Assembly: GCA_964353925.1 (NCBI GenBank)
Contig: CAYGWV010000048.1
Location: forward strand, 1-42,655
Origin: an uncultured Syntrophaceae bacterium
Lineage (GTDB): Bacteria; Desulfobacterota; BSN033; UBA1163
DNA: 42,655 nt
Reading direction: 5' to 3'
Positions 8,331 to 18,351 of this stretch are shown in pieces. The notes under the pieces are model-generated. The model saw nothing but the letters and a program-made list of their open reading frames with translations, did not search any database and was not told the DNA's origin. How positions within the stretch are numbered: the first letter of the stretch is position 1; the number at the start of each line of letters is the position of its first letter. A program made the position numbers and the translations under genes.

Positions 8331-10079
8331 ATGGCAAAAGAAGACACATCCTATTTAGTGCTGGCAAGAAAGTGGAGACCCCAGCTTTTTGAAGAGGTCA
8401 TTGGGCAGCGGCACATCACCCAAACGTTACAAAACGCCATTTCACAAAAACGGGTGGCTCACGCCTTTTTGTTTACCGGAGCAAGAGGGGTGGGCAAGAC
8501 CTCTTCGGCGCGCATTTTGGCAAAAGCTCTAACCTGCGAAAAGGGCCTCCGGATTAATCCCTGCAATCAATGTACAAACTGTCAAGAGGTTACCCGCGGA
8601 ACTTCGATGGATGTGATTGAGATTGATGGAGCCTCCAACCGTGGGATCGATGAGATTCGGGAGTTAAGGGAAAATGTCCGTTATACTCCCGCCAAGAGTC
8701 GGTATAAGATTTACATCATCGATGAAGTCCACATGCTAACCAAAGAGGCTTTCAATGCCTTGTTGAAGACACTGGAAGAGCCTCCTCCTCACATCATCTT
8801 TATCTTCGCCACCACCGAACCCCATAAAATTCCGGCCACGATCCTTTCGCGATGCCAGCGGTACGATTTCAAGAGAATTCCGTTTAAGGAAGTCATCGGG
8901 AGCCTGAAACGGATCGTGGAAGAAGAAGAGATCCAAATCAGTCAGAGAGGACTTCTTTCGATTGCTCAAGAATCAGAGGGGAGCCTGAGGGATGCTCAAA
9001 GTCTCCTCGATCAGGCGATCGCTTATGCCGGGAAAAATATTCGTGATGAAGATATTGCCGAAGTCCTTGGTCTCATCGATCGTAAAATGCTCAGCGATAC
9101 CATCGAAGCGATTGCCGACAGGGATGTTGAACGTTGCATGGAGGTCATCGAACACGTCTATCACTTTGGATACGATCTCCAGCATTTCTGTCGAGAGCTT
9201 CTTCAATATCTTCGCAATTTAATCCTCATCAAAGTCAGCCAACATCCAGAAGGGTTAATGGAATTGCCGGAAGAGGAATTAATGCTACTTAAAAAACAGG
9301 CAGAGAAATTCAAATTCGATCAATTGAATCACCTCTTCACTCTTCTTTTGAAAGGAGAACAAGAAACAGCGCAGTCCACTTTTCCTCGGACCATGCTGGA
9401 GGTGACATTGATTCGAATGGCCACTTTACGCCCCCTCCTTCCCATCGATGAGATGATGAAGAAGTTGGAGGTTATCGAAAGTAAGGGGCTGACCGAAGGA
9501 GAGAAGGAGAGAAAAATATCTTCTGCTTCAGGAAGAGTGATCCATTCAGAGGAACCGGGAAGAGATAAAGAAAAGGGAGAAGGATCACCCAAGAAGCAGG
9601 AGCAACCCGGCGAGGAGAAGGTTTTTGAGAAAAAAAAGAATTTAGAAGATTTAAAAAAGGAAGAGGAGTCTCGCGGCGTCCTTCCGCAACATTGGGAGGA
9701 GGCATGGAAAGGCCTGGTCGAGTTTGCGCGGGCAAGGAATCCTATCTTGGGGGCATTCTTAGCCTTGGGGAATCTTGTTCATCTCAGTGACGAAAAAATT
9801 GAGATTGGGTTTGAAAAAGATTCGTTTCACTACGATAGAATGCTGGAAAAGGAGAATCGGAGCCAATTGGAATCCATCTGCCTTGAATATTTTCAAAAGA
9901 AGGCAAAGGTGGTGATCTCACCGTTGAACCAGGAAATAGGATCAAAAGGACGGGGGATGCTCAGCGAAGGAAAGACAACCCCCAATGAAGGTGATAGACG
10001 GTTGGGTAATCGAGTAGAAGAGAACCCTCTTATTCAAGAGGCGCTCCGTCTTTTTGACGGAAAGATTGTAGAAGGGTAA
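8331..10079 (+). CDS. dnaX: DNA polymerase III subunit gamma/tau
   Basis: Walker A GARGVGKTS, zinc module CNQCTNC, DEVHML, SRCQRYDF. ATG 8331 lies within ORF 8322..10079. Confidence 0.95.
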   Translation: MAKEDTSYLVLARKWRPQLFEEVIGQRHITQTLQNAISQKRVAHAFLFTGARGVGKTSSARILAKALTCEKGLRINPCNQCTNCQEVTRGTSMDVIEIDGASNRGIDEIRELRENVRYTPAKSRYKIYIIDEVHMLTKEAFNALLKTLEEPPPHIIFIFATTEPHKIPATILSRCQRYDFKRIPFKEVIGSLKRIVEEEEIQISQRGLLSIAQESEGSLRDAQSLLDQAIAYAGKNIRDEDIAEVLGLIDRKMLSDTIEAIADRDVERCMEVIEHVYHFGYDLQHFCRELLQYLRNLILIKVSQHPEGLMELPEEELMLLKKQAEKFKFDQLNHLFTLLLKGEQETAQSTFPRTMLEVTLIRMATLRPLLPIDEMMKKLEVIESKGLTEGEKERKISSASGRVIHSEEPGRDKEKGEGSPKKQEQPGEEKVFEKKKNLEDLKKEEESRGVLPQHWEEAWKGLVEFARARNPILGAFLALGNLVHLSDEKIEIGFEKDSFHYDRMLEKENRSQLESICLEYFQKKAKVVISPLNQEIGSKGRGMLSEGKTTPNEGDRRLGNRVEENPLIQEALRLFDGKIVEG

Positions 10080-10080
10080 C

Positions 10081-10170
10081 CCCCGTTAGAAATTCCGGCA
10101 GGGCATACCACCCTACGGGAATTATTCTAAAATGGTATCCCGCTATGGCGGGACATAATTTCTAACGGGG
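10081..10170. repeat. REP/MITE-like element with perfect 14-bp terminal inverted repeats
   Basis: ccccgttagaaatt (10081-10094) and aatttctaacgggg (10157-10170). Confidence 0.75.
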
Positions 10171-10184
10171 TAAAGGAGAAGCGT

Positions 10185-10499
10185 ATGACAAAAGGCTTTG
10201 GAAACATATTGAAACAGGCTCAGCAGATGCACGCTAAAATCGCCCAGCTCCAGGAGGAGATGGCAGGGAAAACGGTGGAAGCGAGTTCCGGAGGGGGCAT
10301 GGTGAACATCGTGATGAATGGAAAGCAGGAAGTTCTGAACATCCGGATCGACCCAGAGGTGGTCAATCGAGAAGACGTTGAAATGTTGCAAGATCTGATT
10401 GGTGCCGCTGTGAATGAGGCCATCCGGAAATCCCAGGAAATGATGACCGAGGAGATGAAAAAGGTCACGGGAGGGTTGAACATTCCGGGTCTATTCTAG
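10185..10499 (+). CDS. ybaB: nucleoid-associated protein YbaB/EbfC
   Basis: 104 aa, with MQ..AQQMQ-type N-terminus (ILKQAQQMHAKIAQLQEE). Sits between dnaX and recR. Confidence 0.9.
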   Translation: MTKGFGNILKQAQQMHAKIAQLQEEMAGKTVEASSGGGMVNIVMNGKQEVLNIRIDPEVVNREDVEMLQDLIGAAVNEAIRKSQEMMTEEMKKVTGGLNIPGLF

Positions 10500-10504
10500 A
10501 CCTT

Positions 10505-10605
10505 TGTAATTCTGGAATAATGGAATGATGGAATAATAGTAGAAAAACAAAAATATTTTTTCTTCACCCCTTTTTCCCAATGTTCCATTATTCCATTTTT
10601 CCTCC
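10505..10605. repeat. low-complexity word palindrome (ggaataatggaa / ttccattattcc)
   Basis: 12-bp inverted repeat separated by an A/T-rich loop in the ybaB-recR spacer. Confidence 0.7.
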
Positions 10606-10645
10606 CCTTCTGTGACATTTGACATTGTTTTTGGGGAAGTAAATT

Positions 10646-11245
10646 ATGGCTCTCTATGCCAAGCCCATTGATCACCTGATAGAAGCCCTGACAAGACTCC
10701 CGGGGATAGGGAAAAAGACGGCGTCCAGACTGGCCTTCCATATCTTGCGAAGCAGTCCATCCGAGGCTCAGGAGCTGGCGAGAGCGATTTTGGACGTAAA
10801 AGAAAAGATCCGGCTTTGCTCTATCTGCTTCAACCTGACAGATGAAAATCCGTGTCGAATTTGTCAAGATGAACGCCGAGCCGGCGAGACCCTTTGTGTG
10901 GTCGAGGGGCCGAATGACCTGATCGCCATCGAGAACACGGGCGTTTTTAACGGAAGATACCATGTGTTGCACGGTACGATTTCTCCTTTGGAAGGTGTTG
11001 GACCAGACCACCTGAAAATGAAGGAACTGCTGGAAAGACTTCAAAAGGAAAAGATCTCGGAAGTGATTCTGGCCAACAATCCCACGGTCGAAGGGGGAGC
11101 CACTGCCCTTTATCTTATTGATCTGATTAAACCTCTGGGCATAAAAGTAACAAGAATCGCCTACGGAATTCCTATGGGAAGTGAAATTGAATACTCAGAC
11201 GGGATGACTTTATCGAAAGCCCTTGAGGGTCGCAGAGAGACTTAG
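10646..11245 (+). CDS. recR: recombination protein RecR
   Basis: HhH motif LPGIGKKTA, zinc finger CSICFNLTDENPCRIC, and a Toprim region. Confidence 0.95.
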   Translation: MALYAKPIDHLIEALTRLPGIGKKTASRLAFHILRSSPSEAQELARAILDVKEKIRLCSICFNLTDENPCRICQDERRAGETLCVVEGPNDLIAIENTGVFNGRYHVLHGTISPLEGVGPDHLKMKELLERLQKEKISEVILANNPTVEGGATALYLIDLIKPLGIKVTRIAYGIPMGSEIEYSDGMTLSKALEGRRET

Positions 11246-11409
11246 GAAAAATTCATTGACAATTGAGGACAAAAGTTTTAACGTTAACGCACCAACTTTG
11301 ATTCCATATAAAATGTAGTAGTTTCATGATGATAGGTAGGAGACAGAATCTCTTGATATAATTTATAAAATATATTATATTTTGTACGATTATTACCCAG
11401 GAGACCCAG

Positions 11410-11958
11410 ATGATTGAGATTCGATTTCACGGAAGAGGTGGTCAAGGGGCTGTTACTTCGGCAGAACTTTTGGCCTTGGCAGCCATTGAAGAAGGCAAGT
11501 TTGCTCAAGCCTTTCCAAGCTTTGGTCCGGAGCGAAGAGGAGCACCGGTGCTGGCTTTCTGTCGAATTAGCAATGAACCCATCAAGATCAGAGCCAATAT
11601 CTACGAACCAGACCTTGTGGTCGTCCTTGACGCTTCGCTTTTGAAAATCGTTAACGTGGCCGCCGGGTTGAAGCCGGATGGTATTCTGGTCACCACAAGT
11701 AATGATTTTCCCGAAAAGATAAAAGAGGATCTGAAGATAAGAAACCGACTCGGAGTGGTGGACGCGGTCAAGATTGCCAGGGAGGTTCTCGGTCTTCCCA
11801 TTACGAATACGACCATGCTTGGGTCTTTGGTCAAGGCTTCGGGATTGGTCAAGAAGGAGTCTTTTATCTCTCCTTTCAAGGAGCGGTTTGGTCGAATTGC
11901 CGAAAAGAACATTTCTGCTTTCGAAAGGGCCTATCAGGAAACCATCCTCATCCAATAA
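11410..11958 (+). CDS. porC: 2-oxoacid:ferredoxin oxidoreductase gamma subunit (POR/VOR type)
   Basis: [19 protein letters not shown] and FGPERRGAP motifs. First gene of a gamma-delta-alpha-beta set. Confidence 0.9.
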
Positions 11959-11984
11959 CTTTTTATAAAAAGAGGTAGCAAGGC

Positions 11985-12284
11985 ATGACAAAACCTGAGT
12001 CAGAATGGACATGGAAGGAATTGCCAGTTGGAAATGTGATCTTGGAACCCGGGAATGCCAGCCAGTATCGGACAGGAGATTGGAAGACCCTCAAACCTGT
12101 TCTGAAAAAGGAGCTCTGCATCCATTGCGGATTGTGCTATATCTTCTGTCCCGACATGGCCTATAGCCTGAGTGAAGAGGGTTATTTCATTGCGGACCTT
12201 TTCTATTGCAAGGGGTGCGGCATCTGTGCAAAAGAATGTCCCACCGGAGCCATCACCATGGTGCTGGAAGAGGAGGAGAAATAA
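11985..12284 (+). CDS. porD: 2-oxoacid:ferredoxin oxidoreductase delta subunit (2x[4Fe-4S])
   Basis: CIHCGLCYIFCP and CKGCGICAKECP. Confidence 0.9.
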   Translation: MTKPESEWTWKELPVGNVILEPGNASQYRTGDWKTLKPVLKKELCIHCGLCYIFCPDMAYSLSEEGYFIADLFYCKGCGICAKECPTGAITMVLEEEEK

Positions 12285-13457
12285 ATGGGGAAAAGGGTTG
12301 GAATGGAAGTTTCAATTGCCGCTGCTGAGGCGGTGAAGCAGGCTAATGTCGATGTGATCTCAGCCTATCCCATTACGCCTCAAACGCATATCGTTGAACA
12401 CCTCTCGGAACTGGTGGCGAATGGAGAGATGGATGCAGAATTCTTTTGTGTGGAATCTGAGCACTCCGCATTGAGCGTCTGCGTGGGGGCGGCGGCGACC
12501 GGGGCGAGGACATTCACCTGCACGAGTTCTCAGGGGCTCGCCCTGATGAGTGAGATCACTTATATCGCCTCGGGCTTGAGGTTGCCGATGCTCATGATCC
12601 TTTCGAATCGAACGCTCTCGGCTCCCTTGAGTATCTGGAACGATCATAGCGACGCGATGTCCATTCGGGACTGTGGGTGGGTTCAATTCTTCGTGGAGAA
12701 TGGCCAAGAGGTCTATGACCATGTGTTTGTGTCCTATCGTTTAGCAGAGGATAAAAAGGTCCTCTTCCCGGTCATCATTAACATGGACGGATTCATTCTC
12801 AGCCATGTGATCGAGCCCATTGAACTGATTCCCCAGGAGAAGATCGATCAGTTCCTTCCTCCTTATCAACCGCTTTACCAGCTGCACCCTGACCATCCGG
12901 TGACCATGGGTGCTTTTGCACTTCCCAGCATCTTTGCGGAGACGAAGAAAGCTCAAGAGGAGGCTCTCCGGTCATCGATCCCTAAGATCCTGGAAACCTG
13001 GAAGGCCTTCGGAGACATGACCGGGAGATATTATCATCCCGTCGAAAGCTATAAGACGGAGGATGCGGATACGTTGCTGGTCACCATGGGAAGTTGCAGC
13101 GAGACAGCCTCTGTGGCGGTGGACAAGATGCGAGAGGAGGGAAGATCTGTTGGGCTCGTTAAGATTCGACTCTGGCGACCTTTCCCCTTCGATGATTTTA
13201 AAAAGGCGACCCTCCATGCCAAAAAGTTGGTGGTGATCGACCGTGCCATCTCCGTCGGGGCGTGTGGACCTGTTGCCTCGGAGGTGAAAGCCGCCCTTTA
13301 TGGGAAGGACGACAGACCCTCCATCTATAATTTCGTTGCAGGGATTTCAGGAAGGGATGTGACTCCTTCAGACTTCGTCAAGATGGTGGACAAGGCAGAT
13401 ATCGAGATTGAAGAAGGAAATAAAGAAGGCTATGAAATCTATGGGGTGAGAGGATGA
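12285..13457 (+). CDS. porA: 2-oxoacid:ferredoxin oxidoreductase alpha subunit
   Basis: 390 aa with the AYPITPQT motif. Abuts porD and overlaps porB by 4 nt. Confidence 0.9.
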   Translation: MGKRVGMEVSIAAAEAVKQANVDVISAYPITPQTHIVEHLSELVANGEMDAEFFCVESEHSALSVCVGAAATGARTFTCTSSQGLALMSEITYIASGLRLPMLMILSNRTLSAPLSIWNDHSDAMSIRDCGWVQFFVENGQEVYDHVFVSYRLAEDKKVLFPVIINMDGFILSHVIEPIELIPQEKIDQFLPPYQPLYQLHPDHPVTMGAFALPSIFAETKKAQEEALRSSIPKILETWKAFGDMTGRYYHPVESYKTEDADTLLVTMGSCSETASVAVDKMREEGRSVGLVKIRLWRPFPFDDFKKATLHAKKLVVIDRAISVGACGPVASEVKAALYGKDDRPSIYNFVAGISGRDVTPSDFVKMVDKADIEIEEGNKEGYEIYGVRG

Positions 13458-14386
13458 CTGAAAATTTAAATGTTTTCGCAGTTCGGACATTGACTCAAAA
13501 AGAATATTTTACACCCGGCCATCGGTCCTGCCAGGGATGCGCCGAGGCATTGGCAGTGAGATTGGTCGCCAAAGCGCTGGGGAGGAACGTGATCATTGCG
13601 AATGCAACAGGCTGTATGGAGATCGTTTCTTCTCCGTTGCCCTACACGGCTTGGAAGGTCCCTTGGATCCATGTGGCTTTTGAGAATACGGCGGCTGTTG
13701 CCTCTGGCATCGAATCTGCCTTAAAGGTGTTGATGAGAAAGGGGAGAATCCCCAACAAAAAGATTGTCACCCTTGCCATGGGCGGGGATGGGGGAACAGC
13801 AGACATCGGTTTCCAGGCACTCTCGGGTGCCCTGGAGCGGGGGCACAACTTTCTCTACGTTTGCACCGACAATGAGGCCTATATGAACACCGGTATCCAG
13901 CGGTCCTCCTCGACGCCTTTTGGCGCCTCCACGACCACCTCTCCCGTCGGGAAGATTCAAATGGGGCAGATCACATGGAAGAAAAATATGCCTGCCATTG
14001 TGGCGGCTCATAATATTCCTTATGTGGCCACCGCCTGCCCCAGTTATCCGATCGACTTGGTGCAGAAAGTGAAGAAGGCGGCTGATATAGAGGGTCCTGC
14101 CTATGTTCATATTCTTTCTGTTTGTCCCACCGGGTGGAGATCGGCACCGGAACTCTCGATCAAGCTGGGTCGGTTGGCCGTAGAGACAGGGGTTTTTCCT
14201 CTTTATGAGGTGGAGAGGGGGCAATATCGTCTGAATATCGATTTCCCGAAATTGAAGCCTATTAAGGAATATATCAAGCCTCAAGGAAGGTTCCGTCACC
14301 TCACGGATGGAATGATCGAGGAGATTGAAAAACGAGTTCACAAGGAATATGAGCAATTAAGAGCGAAGGCAGGAAGGGGAGCGTGA
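13454..14386 (+). CDS. porB: 2-oxoacid:ferredoxin oxidoreductase beta subunit (TPP-binding)
   Basis: GHRSCQGC cluster ligands and the TPP motif [10 protein letters not shown] ... [11 protein letters not shown]. Confidence 0.9.
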   Translation: MTENLNVFAVRTLTQKEYFTPGHRSCQGCAEALAVRLVAKALGRNVIIANATGCMEIVSSPLPYTAWKVPWIHVAFENTAAVASGIESALKVLMRKGRIPNKKIVTLAMGGDGGTADIGFQALSGALERGHNFLYVCTDNEAYMNTGIQRSSSTPFGASTTTSPVGKIQMGQITWKKNMPAIVAAHNIPYVATACPSYPIDLVQKVKKAADIEGPAYVHILSVCPTGWRSAPELSIKLGRLAVETGVFPLYEVERGQYRLNIDFPKLKPIKEYIKPQGRFRHLTDGMIEEIEKRVHKEYEQLRAKAGRGA

Positions 14387-14387
14387 A

Positions 14388-14867
14388 ATGGAAGTTTCAA
14401 AAATTGACAGTATCATTCGACAAAACGGAGGCAAGGAATCCGCTATCCTATCCATCCTTCAAGACGTTCAGGCCAAGGAGAAATACCTCCCCAAAGAAGC
14501 CCTTGAATATATAGGGGAGAAACTCCACATCCCATTGAATAAGATCTATCGGATAGCCACATTTTACCGGGCTTTCAGTCTCTCGCCGCGAGGCAAGCAT
14601 GAGGTCTGTGTCTGTATGGGAACCGCTTGCCATGTCCGTGGGGCACAGCGAATCGTTGATCAAATCAAACTGGCATTGGACATCCGACCAGGAGAGACGA
14701 CAAAGGATAAAAATTTTACCCTGGAAACGGTCAACTGCCTGGGCGTCTGCGCAGCCGGACCGGTGGTTGCAATCGACGGCCAGTACTTTGGAAAGTTGAG
14801 TCCGGCCAAGGTCGATGGGACCTTAAAAAAGTTTCGCTCTGATAAGAAAAAAGGAGGGGACGAATGA
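14388..14867 (+). CDS. NuoE/HydC-like thioredoxin-fold [2Fe-2S] subunit
   Basis: CVCMGTACHVRG ... CLGVCAAGP. Starts 1 nt after the porB stop. Confidence 0.85.
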   Translation: MEVSKIDSIIRQNGGKESAILSILQDVQAKEKYLPKEALEYIGEKLHIPLNKIYRIATFYRAFSLSPRGKHEVCVCMGTACHVRGAQRIVDQIKLALDIRPGETTKDKNFTLETVNCLGVCAAGPVVAIDGQYFGKLSPAKVDGTLKKFRSDKKKGGDE

Positions 14868-16735
14868 GAAGGTTTAGTTCTCCTCAAGAGTTGGAAAAAT
14901 ACAGGAGTGAGATCCTCAGCACGAGGGATCCTAACCAACCCTTGATCACGGTCTGTGGTGGAACAGGATGTCATGCCTCAGGATGTCATGCGGTGGTGGA
15001 TGCCTTCAGGAAGGTCGTTCAAGAGAAGGCCAAAGGGAATGGGGTCGGCCTTCGAGTGACGGGGTGTCATGGCTTCTGTGAAAGAGGGCCGTTGGTTGTC
15101 ATTCATCCGAAAAAGGTCATGTATCAACGGGTGAAACCCGAGGATGTCCCGACAATCTTTCAGGAGACCGTCCTCAACGGTAAAATCCTCGAAACCCTTC
15201 TTTATGAACATCCGACAACAGGAGAAAAGATTGTCACCGAGGAGGATGTGCCGTTCTACAAGAAACAGATGCGGATCATCTTTGGAAACAACGGAAGCAT
15301 TGATCCGACCCGGATTGAAGATTATATCGCCGTCGGTGGCTATCGAGCCTTGCCAAAGGCTTTGTTTTCCATGACACCAGAGCAGATTATCAGCGAGGTG
15401 AAGAAGGCCAATTTGAGAGGCCGTGGAGGCGGAGGTTTTACCGCCGGCGTGAAATGGGAACAGTGTCGGAACGCACCTGAAGCCATTAAGTACGTGATCT
15501 GCAACGCAGATGAAGGAGATCCGGGTGCTTATATGGACCGGAGTCTCCTCGAGGGTAATCCGCACAGCGTTCTTGAAGGGATGATCATCGGGGCCTTTGC
15601 CATCGGATCTCACGAAGGCTATGTCTATGTCCGTAATGAATATCCTCTGGCCGTCGAGAACATCGGAATCGCCATCAAACAGACGGAAGAATTGGGGCTG
15701 CTCGGTAAAAATATTCTCGGATCGGGTTTTGACTTCGAAGTGAAGGTAAGCCGAGGAGGAGGTGCCTTTGTTTGTGGGGAATCAACCGCACTCATGGCAT
15801 CCATCGAAGGAAATGTGGGAGAACCTCGGGCAAAGCATATTCACACCGTCATCAGCGGTCTCTGGGAACGTCCGACCAATCTCAACAATGTGGAGACCTG
15901 GGCCAATGTGCCGGTGATCATCAATCAGGGCGCCGATTGGTATGGAAAGATTGGGACAGAGATGAGCAAGGGGACCAAAATTTTTTCACTGGTCGGTAAG
16001 GTGAACAATACCGGTCTCGTAGAGGTTCCGATGGGGATCTCGTTAAGAGAGATCGTCTATGACATCGGAGGAGGAATTCCAGAGGGGAAGAAATTTAAGG
16101 CGGTTCAAACCGGAGGTCCCTCAGGGGGATGTATTCCTGAATCCCTCATCGATCTGCCCGTAGATTTTGATCGTTTGACAGAAGTGGGTTCGATGATGGG
16201 CTCCGGCGGAATGATTGTCATGGATGAATCCACTTGTATGGTGGACGTGGCCAAATATTTTATGAACTTCTTAAAGGACGAGTCGTGTGGAAAATGCACC
16301 TCCTGTCGGGAAGGGACGAAACGGATGCATGAGATTCTCACCGAGATCAGCGAAGGCCGGGGAAAACCCGAACACATCGCTCTTCTTGAAGACTTAGGAT
16401 GGGTGACCGCTGAGGCATCACTCTGCGCCTTGGGGGGGACAGCACCCAATCCCGCCCTCTCAACGGTTAAATATTTTCGACAGGAATATGAGGAGCACAT
16501 TCTTAACAAGCGATGTCCTGCAAAGGTCTGCCGCGCCCTCCTCCAGTATCGAATCATCTCCGATGTGTGTACCTCCTGTGGAAGATGCGCGAGGGCCTGC
16601 CCAGTCGAGGCGATCACTGGCCAGCAAAGAACGAAGAAAGAGAAAGGGAAGCCTTTCAAAATCGATCAAAAAAAATGCACCAAATGTGGGATGTGTTTCG
16701 AGAGCTGTAAATTTGAAGCAGTCGAAGTTGAGTAA
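14864..16735 (+). CDS. NuoF/HydB-like NAD(P)H- and FMN-binding subunit with N-terminal [2Fe-2S] and C-terminal 2x[4Fe-4S] domains
   Basis: GRGGGGF (FMN site), ESCGKCTSCREG (N3-type cluster), CTSCGRCARACP and CTKCGMCFESC. 4-nt overlap with the preceding gene. Confidence 0.9.
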   Translation: MRRFSSPQELEKYRSEILSTRDPNQPLITVCGGTGCHASGCHAVVDAFRKVVQEKAKGNGVGLRVTGCHGFCERGPLVVIHPKKVMYQRVKPEDVPTIFQETVLNGKILETLLYEHPTTGEKIVTEEDVPFYKKQMRIIFGNNGSIDPTRIEDYIAVGGYRALPKALFSMTPEQIISEVKKANLRGRGGGGFTAGVKWEQCRNAPEAIKYVICNADEGDPGAYMDRSLLEGNPHSVLEGMIIGAFAIGSHEGYVYVRNEYPLAVENIGIAIKQTEELGLLGKNILGSGFDFEVKVSRGGGAFVCGESTALMASIEGNVGEPRAKHIHTVISGLWERPTNLNNVETWANVPVIINQGADWYGKIGTEMSKGTKIFSLVGKVNNTGLVEVPMGISLREIVYDIGGGIPEGKKFKAVQTGGPSGGCIPESLIDLPVDFDRLTEVGSMMGSGGMIVMDESTCMVDVAKYFMNFLKDESCGKCTSCREGTKRMHEILTEISEGRGKPEHIALLEDLGWVTAEASLCALGGTAPNPALSTVKYFRQEYEEHILNKRCPAKVCRALLQYRIISDVCTSCGRCARACPVEAITGQQRTKKEKGKPFKIDQKKCTKCGMCFESCKFEAVEVE

Positions 16736-16737
16736 AA

Positions 16738-16830
16738 TATGAAGTAAATAAGTTAATAAGTTATTAGAGGACATAGCAAGTCAACAATCCAATACTCATT
16801 CACTCATTAACTTATTACCTCAACAACCTG
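16738..16830. repeat. low-complexity word palindrome (aataagttaat / attaacttatt)
   Basis: Inverted 11-mers about 50 nt apart in the spacer before the NuoG-like gene. Confidence 0.65.
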
Positions 16831-16850
16831 TATTGATTGGGAGGAGAGTT

Positions 16851-17567
16851 ATGACGATTCCCTTTACCATTGATGGGCAACCCGTTGAAGGAAAAGAGGG
16901 CGGAAATGTTTTGGAAGTGGCGTTGGATGCGGGATTTGATGTTCCACATCTTTGTTACAATGAATCGGTGAAGTCTTATGGTGCCTGCCGTCTCTGTCTG
17001 GTGGAGGTGAAGAGGAGAGGAAGGACAAGCATGACAACTTCCTGCACCTATCCTGTTTTGGAAGGGATTGAGGTGTTCACACAAACGGAGAAAGTATTGC
17101 GCGCCCGCCGAATGATCATCGAACTGATCTTGGCCATGTGTCCGGGAGACAAATTGATTCAAGACATGGCCGGAAAGATGGGCGTCCATGAGGTCCGGTT
17201 CAAACAGGGAGATAAAGACTGCATTCTCTGCGGTCTCTGCGCCAGGATCTGCCAGGAAGTCGTGGGAGCCAATGCGATTGAATTTGCCTTCCGGGGAGAT
17301 CGCAGAGAGATGATTCCTCCTTTTCAAGGAGAGGCGATGAGCTGTATCGCTTGCGGTGCCTGTGTGATCGCCTGTCCTGTAGATGTCATTCGGATGAAGG
17401 AAGAAAAGGATGAGCGGACGATCATCCGGTGGAAACGAACGTTGAAAATGAAGCAATGTAAGATCTGTGGAAATTATTTCGCCCCCTGGTTTCAGCTGGA
17501 AAAGTTCAAAGAGCAGGCCAAACTGCAAAAAGATTTTTTTGATGTCTGTTATACGTGTCGGACTTGA
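16851..17567 (+). CDS. truncated NuoG/HydA-N-terminal-like FeS subunit ([2Fe-2S] plus [4Fe-4S] clusters, no catalytic domain)
   Basis: ATG 16851 after ggaggag. CRLCLVEV, CILCGLCARICQ and CIACGACVIACP, plus a C-terminal CKICG..CYTC ribbon. The protein is only 238 aa. Confidence 0.8.
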   Translation: MTIPFTIDGQPVEGKEGGNVLEVALDAGFDVPHLCYNESVKSYGACRLCLVEVKRRGRTSMTTSCTYPVLEGIEVFTQTEKVLRARRMIIELILAMCPGDKLIQDMAGKMGVHEVRFKQGDKDCILCGLCARICQEVVGANAIEFAFRGDRREMIPPFQGEAMSCIACGACVIACPVDVIRMKEEKDERTIIRWKRTLKMKQCKICGNYFAPWFQLEKFKEQAKLQKDFFDVCYTCRT

Positions 17568-17628
17568 AATCTCTGCTCAATTCGAGTATATTAAACAAAA
17601 GAGGCATGTTCAATAGGAGGTGACGGGT

Positions 17629-18072
17629 ATGACCCTGGTAAAATGGGAACCCTTCCGAGATCTGATGACCATGCAAGACCGAATGACCCGGCTGATTGAC
17701 GAAACTCTTTCTCGTATTTGGAAAGAGGAAGTCCGTCAGGGAGTTTGGTCCCCACCCGTGGATATTCTGGAGAAAGGAAACGAAGTGATCTTGAAAGTTG
17801 ATCTTCCCGAAGTGAATCAGAATGAGATCGATATTAGAGCAGAAGAAAACACCCTGATCATTCAAGGGGAGAGAAGGTTTATCAAAGAGTCTTCCGAAGA
17901 AAACTATGTTCAGATTGAAAGACCCTACGGAACCTTTCGCCGGACGTTTAGCATCCCGAAAACGATCGATCAGGAGGGAATCAGGGCTTCTTATAAGGAT
18001 GGTGTGCTTCGAGTTGTCCTTCCGAGAAAACAGGAAATTCAACCCAAGCAGATTGCGGTTGAACCTAAATAG
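17629..18072 (+). CDS. Hsp20/alpha-crystallin small heat-shock protein
   Basis: ATG 17629 after aggagg. Alpha-crystallin domain (PPVDILEKGNEVILKVDLPEV ... YGTFRRTFSIP ... GVLRVVLPR). Confidence 0.9.
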   Translation: MTLVKWEPFRDLMTMQDRMTRLIDETLSRIWKEEVRQGVWSPPVDILEKGNEVILKVDLPEVNQNEIDIRAEENTLIIQGERRFIKESSEENYVQIERPYGTFRRTFSIPKTIDQEGIRASYKDGVLRVVLPRKQEIQPKQIAVEPK

Positions 18073-18084
18073 ATGAGAGGGGAA

Positions 18085-18116
18085 GGGGGCCCTTTGAAAG
18101 AGGGTCCCCTTTTTTA
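18085..18116 (+). terminator. rho-independent terminator of hsp20
   Basis: gggggccct / agggtcccc stem followed by a T run. Confidence 0.75.
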
Positions 18117-18288
18117 TTTCTTAGGAACTTTCTTCCAGTCTGCCAAAGACTTTTCGACAGCGATATTTGTCAGAGGGTGCTGTACTCGCCGTTCAATCAC
18201 TGACTTCCATCTCGTGGGCCTTCCAGATCTCGCCGGAGTTGGCTCTACCGACAGAGACTTTGATTCGGATCATGGTCCTCAAACAAAT

Positions 18289-18320
18289 AGAGGTGGCAGG
18301 ATTTTTTTCCTGCCACCTCT
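18289..18320. terminator. perfect 12-bp hairpin, likely terminator for the convergent minus-strand OmpA-like gene
   Basis: agaggtggcagg-attttttt-cctgccacctct. Confidence 0.65.
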
Positions 18321-18351
18321 AGGTCCATCCTTCATGGATTGACGGATCTGA

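Noticed and set aside
10496-18042. Long ORFs antisense to recR, the por genes and the nuoEFG-like genes (10496..11044, 11284..12012, 13721..14356, 14978..15613, 16105..16659, 16815..17528, 17506..18042).
   Set aside because: Each lies entirely opposite a gene with clear family motifs. They have no RBS or recognisable motifs and show skewed composition (Arg/Ser/Leu-rich), typical of shadow ORFs.
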